Shown one piece after another: positions 1-9,168 of a stretch of DNA of 64,000 nucleotides. Each line of letters begins with the position of its first letter. The first letter of the stretch is position 1. A model generated the notes under the pieces. The model did no database searches. It was not told where the DNA came from and was given only the letters and a program-made list of their open reading frames with translations. The stretch is from a virus (lineage: Duplodnaviria > Caudoviricetes). The translations under genes were made by a program, and so were the position numbers. The DNA is taken from the IMG/VR virus record IMGVR_UViG_3300020434_000055; one strand, given 5' to 3'.

Positions 1-2
1 CT

Positions 3-482
3 CACTATGCTAATAACCTTGGTAACACTATAGCATATGAAGTTTTTACTGCAGAAAGTACTTCTTCAGCCTGTAATGCTTTTGAATATAATGCTTCTAG
101 AGGATCTGTAGCAACTCCTCTTATACTACAAGCTAATGACTTGGTATTTTCTCATACAGCAAAAGGTCGCGATGGTACACAATTTATTGATGTAGGTTAT
201 ATAGGATTTGGAATAGATTCATCTGGTACAATTGGTACTGGTAATTTACCAGGAAAAATCTTCTTAACTACAACAACAGATGGTGGAACTTCAACTCATG
301 ATGCAACACTTGATTCAAAAGGTACTTTTGCAATAACTGGTGCAATGCAATTAGCTGTTTATGCCGATGACGCCGCAAGAGATGCCGCAATAGCTTCTCC
401 GGCCGCTGGTATGACAGTATTCAATACTACTGGTACAAAATTCCAAGGATATACAGGCGCCGCCTGGGTCGACTTAAACTAA
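3..482 (+). CDS. C-terminal part of a virion/tail-fibre-type protein (5'-truncated by window edge)
   Basis: Frame is open from position 3 (HYANNLGNTIAYEVF...SRGSVATPLILQAND) into the listed ORF 141-482. Gly/Thr/Ser-rich beta-type composition and a terminal GMTVFNTTGTKFQGYTGAAW motif like those ending phage fibre proteins. Confidence 0.55.
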   Translation, partial: HYANNLGNTIAYEVFTAESTSSACNAFEYNASRGSVATPLILQANDLVFSHTAKGRDGTQFIDVGYIGFGIDSSGTIGTGNLPGKIFLTTTTDGGTSTHDATLDSKGTFAITGAMQLAVYADDAARDAAIASPAAGMTVFNTTGTKFQGYTGAAWVDLN

Positions 483-487
483 TTTAA

Positions 488-1633
488 TTAAATTGTTGAT
501 AATTGTTTTTCTTTAAAGTCTTTCTGACTTTTATATGTCCATTTAGTAAGTTCGTATTCTTTTACATCATTAGGTTTAAACATATATTTTTCTGGGACTG
601 TATCGTGCAATAATTTACCTTCATTAACAACTGCATCACGTAACATTATTTGATGTAAAAAATTTGTTACTGGTTTTCCTGGAACAAAATCGCACCAAGG
701 ACCACATTGTAATTGTTCTAGGTCTATAGTTTTAGGATCACTCCATTGAATAATCCTGTGAGGTATTCCATTAATGTTTACCATATAATGATATAAATTA
801 TCATCAGCAGTTTTCTTTTCCCAAGTCCAACCTTTGCGTTCGCATATTTCTTTAATCTTTGCTACGTGTCTACTTAAAAAGAATTTAGGTTCGTCTGGAG
901 ATCTACCAATATCAGACCCTGCTCTAATTCTATATTGCCAAGATTTATTTCCTAAACTTTGTATTTCTTCTAAAACTTCTTCCATATGATCCAAATGCTC
1001 TAAAGTGTATCCTACATAGTAAACAAAAATTCCTTCTTTTATACAATTGTCAATTCCAATTAATTGTTTTTCATGAATTTTTTTACCTTGATAACTACAA
1101 TGATTCATTCCAATCATAACTGCTGTTATACCTGCTTCTGCAATTTGACGTGTCCAATTTCTATCTGAAAATTTTACACCATTTGTTAATATAGCAATAT
1201 CTTCTTTTCGATTACATTTACGCAAAGTATTTCTAATTTGTGTAATTAATTCGGGCAAATCTTTTCTTACTGTAGGTTCTGCACCAGCTAAAATAACTAC
1301 GCCAGCGTCTGAATGTAATCTATTTTCAACTTGCGAACAAATTATGTTTATAGGTTTGTCTAGTGTTCTATTATCTGGTCTATGATAACAATGAGGACAA
1401 TTTAAATTACATTTGTCTGTAACTTCTATTAATACTCCATCCGGTATAGTATATCCTGCTTTATCATAAATCAAACTGTTGTAAAATTCAACATCAGTTT
1501 CTACAAGATACTCCATATGTCCGTGTTCAGGGCACGTTTTATTAAGATAAACTGCATTATTTTTAGTAATACGTTCTGCTGGAATATGTCTATAACAAGT
1601 ATGACACAAACTTATTGTTTTAGTATCGTTCAT
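488..1633 (-). CDS. Radical SAM protein, tetraether lipid synthase (Tes/MJ0619)-like, shortened
   Basis: N-terminal rubredoxin-like ligand set SLCHTC...KTCPEHG, core motif VTDKCNLNCPHC, AGAEPTVRKDLPELI and TNG. The family call relies on my recollection of the MJ0619 sequence. Confidence 0.75.
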   Translation of the reverse strand: MNDTKTISLCHTCYRHIPAERITKNNAVYLNKTCPEHGHMEYLVETDVEFYNSLIYDKAGYTIPDGVLIEVTDKCNLNCPHCYHRPDNRTLDKPINIICSQVENRLHSDAGVVILAGAEPTVRKDLPELITQIRNTLRKCNRKEDIAILTNGVKFSDRNWTRQIAEAGITAVMIGMNHCSYQGKKIHEKQLIGIDNCIKEGIFVYYVGYTLEHLDHMEEVLEEIQSLGNKSWQYRIRAGSDIGRSPDEPKFFLSRHVAKIKEICERKGWTWEKKTADDNLYHYMVNINGIPHRIIQWSDPKTIDLEQLQCGPWCDFVPGKPVTNFLHQIMLRDAVVNEGKLLHDTVPEKYMFKPNDVKEYELTKWTYKSQKDFKEKQLSTI

Positions 1634-1637
1634 ACAA

Positions 1638-2324
1638 TTATTTATAGATACTTATTGCTTGGTCAATGAAGTCATCTGGGTAGCTATTACGAAAACTTTC
1701 AAAGCATAGTAATTGAGCTTTATCAAAGGATACAGGAGCATTAACGTCTATATTCATAGCTTTCATTTGTTCATACATTATTACTTTTCTATCATTTGAT
1801 ATATGACTTAAATGATCTTTAACAGTGATTTTAGGTTCGTGAACCATATAACTAAAAAAATAATTAATAGATTTAAGTCTACCTTCTACTACAAAATAAC
1901 TGCTAGGATGAAGACTATACTTGTACATACCTATATCTTTATGTGCTTGAATTATTTCTAACATCTGTTCTTTCCAATTAGGCAATACATCTTCATATGT
2001 TTTATTATGACTTTGCTCCCAGAAGTCTACACCTTCTATACCTAAATGAATTTTTTTCTCTGTATAATTTATATCAAGTATGGATGGTATGTGTTGAGGA
2101 TACTTACTATGCATTTTTAATAACATATTAGTTTCTCTCAACCATTTTTGATTCATTAATTCTGCATCTATTATTTGATTATGTCCTTTATGATATAATG
2201 TATCATTAAAAAACCACTGTACAAATTCAGTTTTATCTTTGTTTACTAAACTAGTATAAACTAAATTATTCCTACATAGCCCTTTATCAGGAACATTATT
2301 ATAATAATATTCGTAATTAATCAT
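1638..2324 (-). CDS. Hypothetical protein with degenerate protein-kinase-like fold
   Basis: RETNMLLKM (helix-C-like), IPSILDI, KYSLHPSSYFV (cf. HGDLHPxN) and KSINYFF (cf. LIDFG) occur in the expected order; the catalytic Asp residues are absent. Confidence 0.4.
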   Translation of the reverse strand: MINYEYYYNNVPDKGLCRNNLVYTSLVNKDKTEFVQWFFNDTLYHKGHNQIIDAELMNQKWLRETNMLLKMHSKYPQHIPSILDINYTEKKIHLGIEGVDFWEQSHNKTYEDVLPNWKEQMLEIIQAHKDIGMYKYSLHPSSYFVVEGRLKSINYFFSYMVHEPKITVKDHLSHISNDRKVIMYEQMKAMNIDVNAPVSFDKAQLLCFESFRNSYPDDFIDQAISIYK

Positions 2325-2916
2325 TATATCTCCATAATCTTTGTTTATATAATTGAGATAAAAATATTTGAGGATTTAAACGCCAAATACTTTGTGGAGT
2401 ATTTCTATAATTTAAATCTTTAATATATTCTAAACAACCAGATTTTGCTAACATAGGTGCCCATATTTTATGCACTAATTTTTGAGATCCTGCTTCATTT
2501 TTGTTTGTTGTTATATAAAGTTTTTTGTTTTCTAATGAATACCCCCCATAAGGTTTACCTAAAAGTCCTACCCATTCAATACAAGCAGGCATAAAAAATT
2601 GAGGTGTAACACTTTGATGTTCTACAATTTGTTTTTTAGTTCTTACATTATTAATTGGCAATTCATCTGTGAACACGCAAGTTCTTGCCAATATTCTATA
2701 ACTATTTTCTCCCATTTCATCAAAAGAATGTGCGGCAGTAGACCCAACAATTTTATTTTTATATTGTAAAAACCAAACTTGCCATTCTCGTTCTTTACTA
2801 ATAGAATCTATTAATATTTTTTTTGAACTATTATTTTCGAATCCTTTTTGTTTAGCATTTTGGTAAAAATTAACTAAATCTAAACTTTCTTCGTAAGGTA
2901 TTATTTTGTAATCCAT
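2317..2916 (-). CDS. Putative GNAT-fold acetyltransferase
   Basis: VWFLQYKNKIVGSTAAH followed by YRILARTCV resembles GNAT beta2-beta4. 199 aa. Confidence 0.45.
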   Translation of the reverse strand: MDYKIIPYEESLDLVNFYQNAKQKGFENNSSKKILIDSISKEREWQVWFLQYKNKIVGSTAAHSFDEMGENSYRILARTCVFTDELPINNVRTKKQIVEHQSVTPQFFMPACIEWVGLLGKPYGGYSLENKKLYITTNKNEAGSQKLVHKIWAPMLAKSGCLEYIKDLNYRNTPQSIWRLNPQIFLSQLYKQRLWRYND

Positions 2917-2932
2917 GAATTTTTTCCGGCAT

Positions 2933-2954
2933 CAATATTTAACACTAAATATTG
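2933..2954. promoter_or_regulatory. Back-to-back TAAATA late-promoter pair forming a 9-bp inverted repeat
   Basis: CAATATTTA-acac-TAAATATTG. TAAATA lies on + at 2946-2951 and on - at 2941-2936, between divergent genes. Confidence 0.6.
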
Positions 2955-2956
2955 GC

Positions 2957-3736
2957 ATGATTAAAGGAATTGGTGGTCAACCATATATAAATTTAGATCC
3001 TTACATTGATATAGACACATACAAAAAACTTCATTATAAATTGTGTGAAGGTTTGGTAAAATCAGAATATAAAAAAGAAGGTAATATGGTAAAACCTGGA
3101 GGTTGCGAAGGTGCTTATGATTTATGGTTTAAACCAATCTATCAAGTGTTAGAAGAATATCATGAATTGCCTGACGACCACGAAATAAAACAAATTGGTA
3201 AAAAAATTGGTGAGTACGATAATAGAGATCAATTTATACTATTTTTAAAATTGTCTATGGGAGCATATGATCCTTATCAATTTATTTTTATAAAATCTGA
3301 AGAAGGTGGTTGGGAAAGTAGATTTGAAGAAAAACAATGGACATCTGATTCTAAATATTTTCCAGAACTAAGACAGTGGTTAGAAAAACTTGTGTCTGAT
3401 AAAGTTTTTGAACATTTAGGAAGAGTAATATTTTTCAAAGCCGAACACGATGTATTCATGCCATTGCATAGAGATTTAATACTACCTAATGAAAATGATT
3501 ACACAGATCATCGACATGAATTTATTCATATACGTACTAACTTAGACAAACCTGTTTATATATGGGACGGAAAAGACAAAAAAATACTTATTGAAAGCCA
3601 TGCTACGTTCTTTAATGATCAAGACTGGCACGCAGGTGGAAAAACTCCTAAACAAACTTTTAGTTTAAGAATTGATGGAAAATTTACTGAATCTTTTAGA
3701 AAAAAGATAGGAATAGGCCATTTAGAAAATTACTAA
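2957..3736 (+). CDS. Cupin/2OG-Fe(II) oxygenase-like protein (Asp/Asn beta-hydroxylase-like C-terminal domain)
   Basis: GRVIFF...PLHRD...FFNDQDWHAG gives an HxD...H facial triad. Start moved from 2915 to ATG 2957, 5 nt after TAAATA. Confidence 0.6.
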   Translation: MIKGIGGQPYINLDPYIDIDTYKKLHYKLCEGLVKSEYKKEGNMVKPGGCEGAYDLWFKPIYQVLEEYHELPDDHEIKQIGKKIGEYDNRDQFILFLKLSMGAYDPYQFIFIKSEEGGWESRFEEKQWTSDSKYFPELRQWLEKLVSDKVFEHLGRVIFFKAEHDVFMPLHRDLILPNENDYTDHRHEFIHIRTNLDKPVYIWDGKDKKILIESHATFFNDQDWHAGGKTPKQTFSLRIDGKFTESFRKKIGIGHLENY

Positions 3737-4293
3737 TGAAAATATTAATCACAGGACATACATCACCAATGGGTAAAGATGTTTATGAACACTATTCAAA
3801 AGATCATGAGTGTTTAGGAGTAAGTAGAACATCTGGTTACGACTTAAACAAATCAGAGGATCAGAATAGAGTAGTTACTGAAGCATTAGCACATGATATA
3901 TTTTTAAACATAGCACACGTTGACGCAGTACAATCAATATTATTAAACAAATTAAACGAACGTTGGACTGCTGAAGCACCACTTAAAAAAGTAATTACAA
4001 TAGGATCATTAATTACAAAATTAGATAAAAAGTTATTAGATAAAGTTAACATAGACAAAAAATATCTTGCAGACAAACATCATCTAGATAGTGTAAGTGA
4101 TTCTTTAAGCAATGAAAAGCCATTTGGCTCACAACTACAATTCAGTTTGATTAGAGTCTTAAATTATGGACCTAAAACAGGAGAACGTGAAGGCGAACCA
4201 ACTTGCAATGTAAACGACATTGTACGTTCTATTGATTATGTAATTAATGAACCTATGTATATAGGTATGATGAATATAAGGAGAAGAGTTTAA
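3736..4293 (+). CDS. Short-chain dehydrogenase/reductase-like protein
   Basis: MKILITGHTSPMG Rossmann start, DIFLNIAH, ITIGS, and a YxxxK motif (YLADK). Confidence 0.65.
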   Translation: MKILITGHTSPMGKDVYEHYSKDHECLGVSRTSGYDLNKSEDQNRVVTEALAHDIFLNIAHVDAVQSILLNKLNERWTAEAPLKKVITIGSLITKLDKKLLDKVNIDKKYLADKHHLDSVSDSLSNEKPFGSQLQFSLIRVLNYGPKTGEREGEPTCNVNDIVRSIDYVINEPMYIGMMNIRRRV

Positions 4294-4294
4294 G

Positions 4295-4900
4295 ATGAAT
4301 CATGCAAAACTTTATGATAATTTTAAAGACAAATTTGATTGTGAAAAACTAATATCGCAATTAAAAAAACATAAGGGTGTTAGACGTTCATCTGATATTC
4401 CAACTGAAGATACAGAATATGGTGACAAAGCAGTATGGAGAAAAACTGTTGGAGACCTTTGGAAAAGTGTTGGCTACACAGAATTAGATTCTGTAGAATG
4501 GTGGAATTTATATTCTGGTGAACATTTTGATTCAGACTTTGTAACACAATTTGAAAATCTTGTAAATGCTGATAAATTTATGTGCTGGGTAAGTTCTATT
4601 AACCCAGGCAAGTGTGTTCCTAATCATTATGACATTGTACCAGAGTATAGCAAATTAAAAGATGATCCTAAAATGGTCAGATTTGCTTTTTTCATAGACA
4701 AACCTGAAACAGGTAAAGTATTCATCATTAAAGACCAAGCCTTTCATATGTGCAACCAAGGAGATTGTTACGTATGGAATAAATGGGACGAATGGCATAT
4801 GGGTATGAACACTTCTAGTTCAATAAAGTACATTTGGAATTTTATCGGATTAAAAAGAAAAGAAGGCGGAGATGTTTTGAAATTTAGACATTTCTTTTAA
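4295..4900 (+). CDS. 2OG-Fe(II) oxygenase/cupin-like protein
   Basis: INPGKCVPNHYD...GDCYVW..WDEWHMGMN: HxD...H plus double-stranded beta-helix pattern. Confidence 0.65.
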   Translation: MNHAKLYDNFKDKFDCEKLISQLKKHKGVRRSSDIPTEDTEYGDKAVWRKTVGDLWKSVGYTELDSVEWWNLYSGEHFDSDFVTQFENLVNADKFMCWVSSINPGKCVPNHYDIVPEYSKLKDDPKMVRFAFFIDKPETGKVFIIKDQAFHMCNQGDCYVWNKWDEWHMGMNTSSSIKYIWNFIGLKRKEGGDVLKFRHFF

Positions 4901-4903
4901 AAA

Positions 4904-5560
4904 ATGATAGATACATCAATTAAAGTTTTTAATAAATTCAAAGATGGTTCTTTACCGTGGTTAGAATTAGATTTGGATTTTAGTTCATATATAAAAGAAT
5001 CAGAATTTACTGCCGTTGAACCTTATTATGTAACACACAGAGAAGGCGAAACACATAAAGATTGGGAAAGTTGTTGCATTCATGGATTAGGTATTGACAA
5101 AACAAGAGTAGCAACAGATTATGAATATGACAATGAGTTAACTGCGCCATACGATTGGACTCCGTTAGCAAATTTGGCTCCAACAGTTAGAAAATTTTGG
5201 GAAGAGTTCCCAGCAGAAAAATACACTAGAATACGTTTTATGAAATTAAAGCCAGGCGGTAAAATAGATTGGCATAACGACCGTCCACAAAAATTACCTG
5301 ATGATATATGCGAATCAGTAATACCAATAAATGTTGCTGTAACAAATCCAGCATTATGTTATATGGAAATAGAAGATCACGGTATTGTACCTTGGAGAAA
5401 CGGCAAAGTATTTTTAATTAATATTTTAAAAAATCATACAGTAGTCAATAATTCAAATGCTGATAGAATTCATATGATTGGTACTGTATATGTAGGAAAC
5501 AAAAGAAAAGAATTTAATAGTTTACTTGAAAAAAGTTTAAGAAGAAAATTGATTAAGTAA
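4904..5560 (+). CDS. Aspartyl/asparaginyl beta-hydroxylase family protein
   Basis: RIRFMKLKPGGKIDWHND...INILKNHTVVNNSNADRIHMI. Confidence 0.75.
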   Translation: MIDTSIKVFNKFKDGSLPWLELDLDFSSYIKESEFTAVEPYYVTHREGETHKDWESCCIHGLGIDKTRVATDYEYDNELTAPYDWTPLANLAPTVRKFWEEFPAEKYTRIRFMKLKPGGKIDWHNDRPQKLPDDICESVIPINVAVTNPALCYMEIEDHGIVPWRNGKVFLINILKNHTVVNNSNADRIHMIGTVYVGNKRKEFNSLLEKSLRRKLIK

Positions 5561-6163
5561 AATTTCATGAGCCATAACAATTCTCCATTCAGGTATAGGA
5601 GTACCTACTCCATCATAATTTTCTGATACGTCTATATCTTTATACCAAGAATAATGAGGATATGTAGGATTAAATGCCATCTTACCTTGTCTAACAAAAG
5701 CTCTCTTTTTTTCTCCAACACAAATACCACATTTCATTATATCTTCAGTAGGTATAGCTAAACTGTATAAAATTGTATAGCATTTTCCTAAATGCTGATC
5801 CTTTTCAGAATCTCCATTAACTTCACTTTGTGGAGGTACGCCATTAAGAGAGACTTTATGTAATCCTTTTAAATTTTCTCTAGCAAACTCTGTACTCTTT
5901 TTAAAATATTTGTATGCTTCTTTTTCTTGACCATTTAAATAAACTTGCTTACTATACCGAGAATTAATATTGTCAAGATATTCTGATATGTTAAGTTCTG
6001 ATTTCCAATTTGGTCTATCTCTAGGAATTTCTAAATTCCAACTTATTTTTTGTAAATGGTCATTACCATCAACAAAATACCAATTATAATCAGCAGTTAA
6101 TAATTTATGATATTCTTGTAATTTATCGTAACTATTATATGTTTTTAAATCTATGAATTCCAT
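5537..6163 (-). CDS. Degenerate beta-hydroxylase-like cupin
   Basis: KVSLNGVPPQSEV...YTILYSL...AFNPTYPHYSW follows the fold of its neighbours, but the HxD is replaced (NGD); only the distal His is kept. Confidence 0.4.
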   Translation of the reverse strand: MEFIDLKTYNSYDKLQEYHKLLTADYNWYFVDGNDHLQKISWNLEIPRDRPNWKSELNISEYLDNINSRYSKQVYLNGQEKEAYKYFKKSTEFARENLKGLHKVSLNGVPPQSEVNGDSEKDQHLGKCYTILYSLAIPTEDIMKCGICVGEKKRAFVRQGKMAFNPTYPHYSWYKDIDVSENYDGVGTPIPEWRIVMAHEILLNQFSS

Positions 6164-6171
6164 TGTATCTT

Positions 6172-6177
6172 TATTTA
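6172..6177 (-). promoter_or_regulatory. TAAATA late-promoter-like motif
   Basis: 8 nt upstream of ATG 6163, with no Shine-Dalgarno between them. Confidence 0.5.
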
Positions 6178-6210
6178 CTTTCTTTCATTTGGTCTGAATT
6201 AAAAGAAGAA

Positions 6211-6882
6211 TTAGTCATAGTCTATAAGCACCTCAAAGCCACAATCTCGTTTTAAATTTAACACTTCTTGCAAAGCAAATTGTTCAACTTGAAATGTTAT
6301 ACAAAAATCAGAAATTTTTTTAAAATCACTAATTAAACCATCTTTATTAAGCCTGTTTAATAAACAAGAAAAACTACGATCAAAAAGATATCTTAAATTA
6401 TATGGAGGATTTTCTACTTTACAAGTTACTACTGTAGGTTCTTGTAAATCAATTTTATTTAAAAGTTTTCTAATTACTAATTCATATCTATCTTTATATC
6501 CATAATTACTTGCAGTATGCAACCGACCTGCATCCATTTCATATAAAATATCATTAGCAACACAAGGATATGTTACCAATCTTTCTATATCAGTTAGGTA
6601 ACTCTGTTCAGATTCTAATGTTAAATGATAACGATCATCTATATCAGCATGAGCAGTATAACACTCTCCTGGTTTCATTACATTTATTCTTGCTTCTCCT
6701 ACGGGTCCTATATTATAAAATAATTCTCCAAGACTAGTACCATTATACACAGGAAGTAACTCCCATTCATCATAAAAGAAATCACCTTTTGGTTTAGTCA
6801 AAACGTTTTTACCAGGACCAAAATGTTTAACTAAATCAAATATTTCTTTAGAGGAATGTGTTATACCAGTCTTTTTAAGCAT
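6211..6882 (-). CDS. Aspartyl/asparaginyl beta-hydroxylase-like protein with C-terminal extension
   Basis: ARINVMKPGECYTAHADIDDRYHL...MDAGRLHTASNYGYKDRYELVI. Confidence 0.7.
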   Translation of the reverse strand: MLKKTGITHSSKEIFDLVKHFGPGKNVLTKPKGDFFYDEWELLPVYNGTSLGELFYNIGPVGEARINVMKPGECYTAHADIDDRYHLTLESEQSYLTDIERLVTYPCVANDILYEMDAGRLHTASNYGYKDRYELVIRKLLNKIDLQEPTVVTCKVENPPYNLRYLFDRSFSCLLNRLNKDGLISDFKKISDFCITFQVEQFALQEVLNLKRDCGFEVLIDYD

Positions 6883-6887
6883 ACCAA

Positions 6888-6918
6888 TATTTACCGTGAA
6901 AAATAATATGCATATTTA
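6888..6918 (-). promoter_or_regulatory. Tandem TAAATA late-promoter-like motifs
   Basis: TAAATA at 6918-6913 (followed by TGCATA) and at 6893-6888, the latter 5 nt before ATG 6882. Confidence 0.55.
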
Positions 6919-6938
6919 ATTACGATAAGTATTAATTG

Positions 6939-7757
6939 ATGCCTATGAATAAACGAGTAAAAAAACTTTACGAAAACAGTACCTACAAAAACATAATTCA
7001 CAATGTTGCTGATGTATATTTTCCTTTGGATCCAAAATGGAAAAACATAGGAATAAGCCTTAGTGGTGGATGTGATAGTGCTTTATTGGCATATGTTATA
7101 TGCGACATAATTAAACAGAAAAAACTTTATACCAAAATACATATAATCTATAACGTTAGATTATGGAAAACACGTCCTTGGCAACAATATATTTTTAAAC
7201 AAGTGCTTTCTTGGTTTAAAGAAATGTTTAAAGATTTATGGTTTGTTGAACATACTAATTTTATTGCACCAGATTTAGAATGGGGCTCTAAAGGTCCAAA
7301 TATCATAGACGAATATGGCAAATTAAAAAGTGGTAATCAAATTGAATTAAGATCACACGCAGAATATATAGGTCACAAATATGAATTAGATGCTTGGTAT
7401 TGCGGACTTACTAAAAATCCTGAAACAGAATTTGATGAGCGACTCTTAGATAGAGATAGTACATTAACAAATGATACTATTGAAAATCTACATCGATTGA
7501 TAAAGCCACACATGAATGGCGTGGCTTGTCATCCTTTCACCTTCGTACAAAAAGACTGGATAGTATCTCAATATAAGAGATTAGGCATCATGAATCTATT
7601 CAATCTTACTAGAAGTTGCGAAGGTGATAAGGAAACTTATCCCGAAATATTTAAAGACTTGGATTATAAAACATATGTTCCAGGTAAAGATGTTCCTGTA
7701 TGTGGTAAATGTTTTTGGTGTAAAGAAAGACAATGGGGTATAGACAATAGTGACTGA
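6939..7757 (+). CDS. QueC-like PP-loop (adenine nucleotide alpha-hydrolase) protein
   Basis: IGISLSGGCDSALL PP-loop and C-terminal TRSC...CGKCFWCKER Zn-binding pattern typical of QueC-like enzymes. The ORF track start 6936 is TTG; the first ATG is 6939. Confidence 0.7.
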   Translation: MPMNKRVKKLYENSTYKNIIHNVADVYFPLDPKWKNIGISLSGGCDSALLAYVICDIIKQKKLYTKIHIIYNVRLWKTRPWQQYIFKQVLSWFKEMFKDLWFVEHTNFIAPDLEWGSKGPNIIDEYGKLKSGNQIELRSHAEYIGHKYELDAWYCGLTKNPETEFDERLLDRDSTLTNDTIENLHRLIKPHMNGVACHPFTFVQKDWIVSQYKRLGIMNLFNLTRSCEGDKETYPEIFKDLDYKTYVPGKDVPVCGKCFWCKERQWGIDNSD

Positions 7758-9168
7758 AAGTAATGAATATTGGTTAAATCCTAAAGATTCTAAATTAGGT
7801 AAGTGGCAAAGAGAAATAGAATCCGTTAGTGGTTCTTGTACTTTTTGTGTATTACCTTGGATCCATTTTGCTACTCGCCCTAATGGAGATATGCGTTTAT
7901 GTTGTAGTGCTAATGCCAGTGGAGCAGGTAAGGATCATAAAGTAGGTCTTGTTAAAAAAGAAGATGGCACACCAGCAAACTTTGGAAAAGATACACCAAT
8001 GAGTGCTTGGAATAATGAATATATGAAATCAGTTCGTAAAACTATGTTAGCAGGAAAAATTCCTGCTAGTTGTACTAAATGTTTTAACGAAGAAAAAATA
8101 GGAGTAGTTAGTAAACGTGTCTGGGAAACGGGTACGTGGCACAAAGACGGTATAGACATTCCAGAATTAATAAAGCAAACAACAGAAGACGGCATAGTAC
8201 CTGAAACTTTAAGATATTTAGATTTACGATTAGGTCATACTTGCAATATTAAATGTGTTATGTGTTCACCACATGATAGTTCAAGATGGGTAGCAGATTG
8301 GCAACAACTTATGCCACAACTAACAATACCTACTGTTAAAAAACAAATGTCTTGGGGTAAACAAGAATTTAACAACAAGTGGCACGAAAAAGATACATTT
8401 TGGGCAGAAATGAATAAGCAAATTCCTAATTTAAAACAAGTATACTTTGCTGGGGGCGAACCTTTAATGATTAAAGAGCATAAAACATTTATTGAAGAAA
8501 TTGTACGACAAGGATATCAAGATAAAATCTTATTACGATATAATTCAAATGGAATACTAGTAGACAAAGACTTAATTGAATTATGGAAAAAATTTAAAAA
8601 AGTTAAATTTGCAATTAGCATGGACGCTTGTCATGAACGAGATGAATATATACGTTTTCCAACTAACTGGGATACCGTAGAAAAGAATCTTCGTATGTTA
8701 GACGACACTCCCGACAATATACAAACAAGTTTAGCAACTGCTATACAAATTTTTAATGTAAAACACTTGCCAGACTTTATGAAATGGAAAGTAGAATCTA
8801 AATTTAAAAAACTTAATTTAGGAACTGTACCCGGTGGTACACAAATGGGAGGTGGATTAGTTAATATGCACTTGCTTTACATACCTACATTTTTAAGTAT
8901 TCAAATATTACCTAAAGAGGATAAACAAGAAGTTCGTGAACGTTATACAGAATTTAAAGAATGGTTATGGAAAAACTACAGACAAGATGATGAATATTGG
9001 AAACACAATCCTTATGGCTGGAAACGTTGGGAGGCTGTAATGGATCATATGGATGAAAAAGATAATAGTCATCTACTTCCAGGATTTAAAGAATACGTTA
9101 CTAAACTAGATCGTATAAGAAAATTATCTGCTAAATCCACTTTTCCTGAGTTATCACATCTTTTATAA
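7750..9168 (+). CDS. Radical SAM protein with N-terminal SPASM/twitch-like Cys domain
   Basis: CTFCVLPW...LCC...CTKC precedes the core LGHTCNIKCVMC and FAGGEP. Confidence 0.85.
   Translation: MTESNEYWLNPKDSKLGKWQREIESVSGSCTFCVLPWIHFATRPNGDMRLCCSANASGAGKDHKVGLVKKEDGTPANFGKDTPMSAWNNEYMKSVRKTMLAGKIPASCTKCFNEEKIGVVSKRVWETGTWHKDGIDIPELIKQTTEDGIVPETLRYLDLRLGHTCNIKCVMCSPHDSSRWVADWQQLMPQLTIPTVKKQMSWGKQEFNNKWHEKDTFWAEMNKQIPNLKQVYFAGGEPLMIKEHKTFIEEIVRQGYQDKILLRYNSNGILVDKDLIELWKKFKKVKFAISMDACHERDEYIRFPTNWDTVEKNLRMLDDTPDNIQTSLATAIQIFNVKHLPDFMKWKVESKFKKLNLGTVPGGTQMGGGLVNMHLLYIPTFLSIQILPKEDKQEVRERYTEFKEWLWKNYRQDDEYWKHNPYGWKRWEAVMDHMDEKDNSHLLPGFKEYVTKLDRIRKLSAKSTFPELSHLL

Noticed and set aside
2915-2956. 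ORF-track start 2915 (and similarly 9832, 11692, 53368, 58866)
   Set aside because: These extensions run through promoter motifs or neighbouring genes; downstream ATGs fit promoter or SD spacing better.
3277-4076. Short antisense ORFs 3277-3459 and 3861-4076
   Set aside because: Fully inside well-supported opposite-strand genes; no motifs or RBS; typical antisense shadows.
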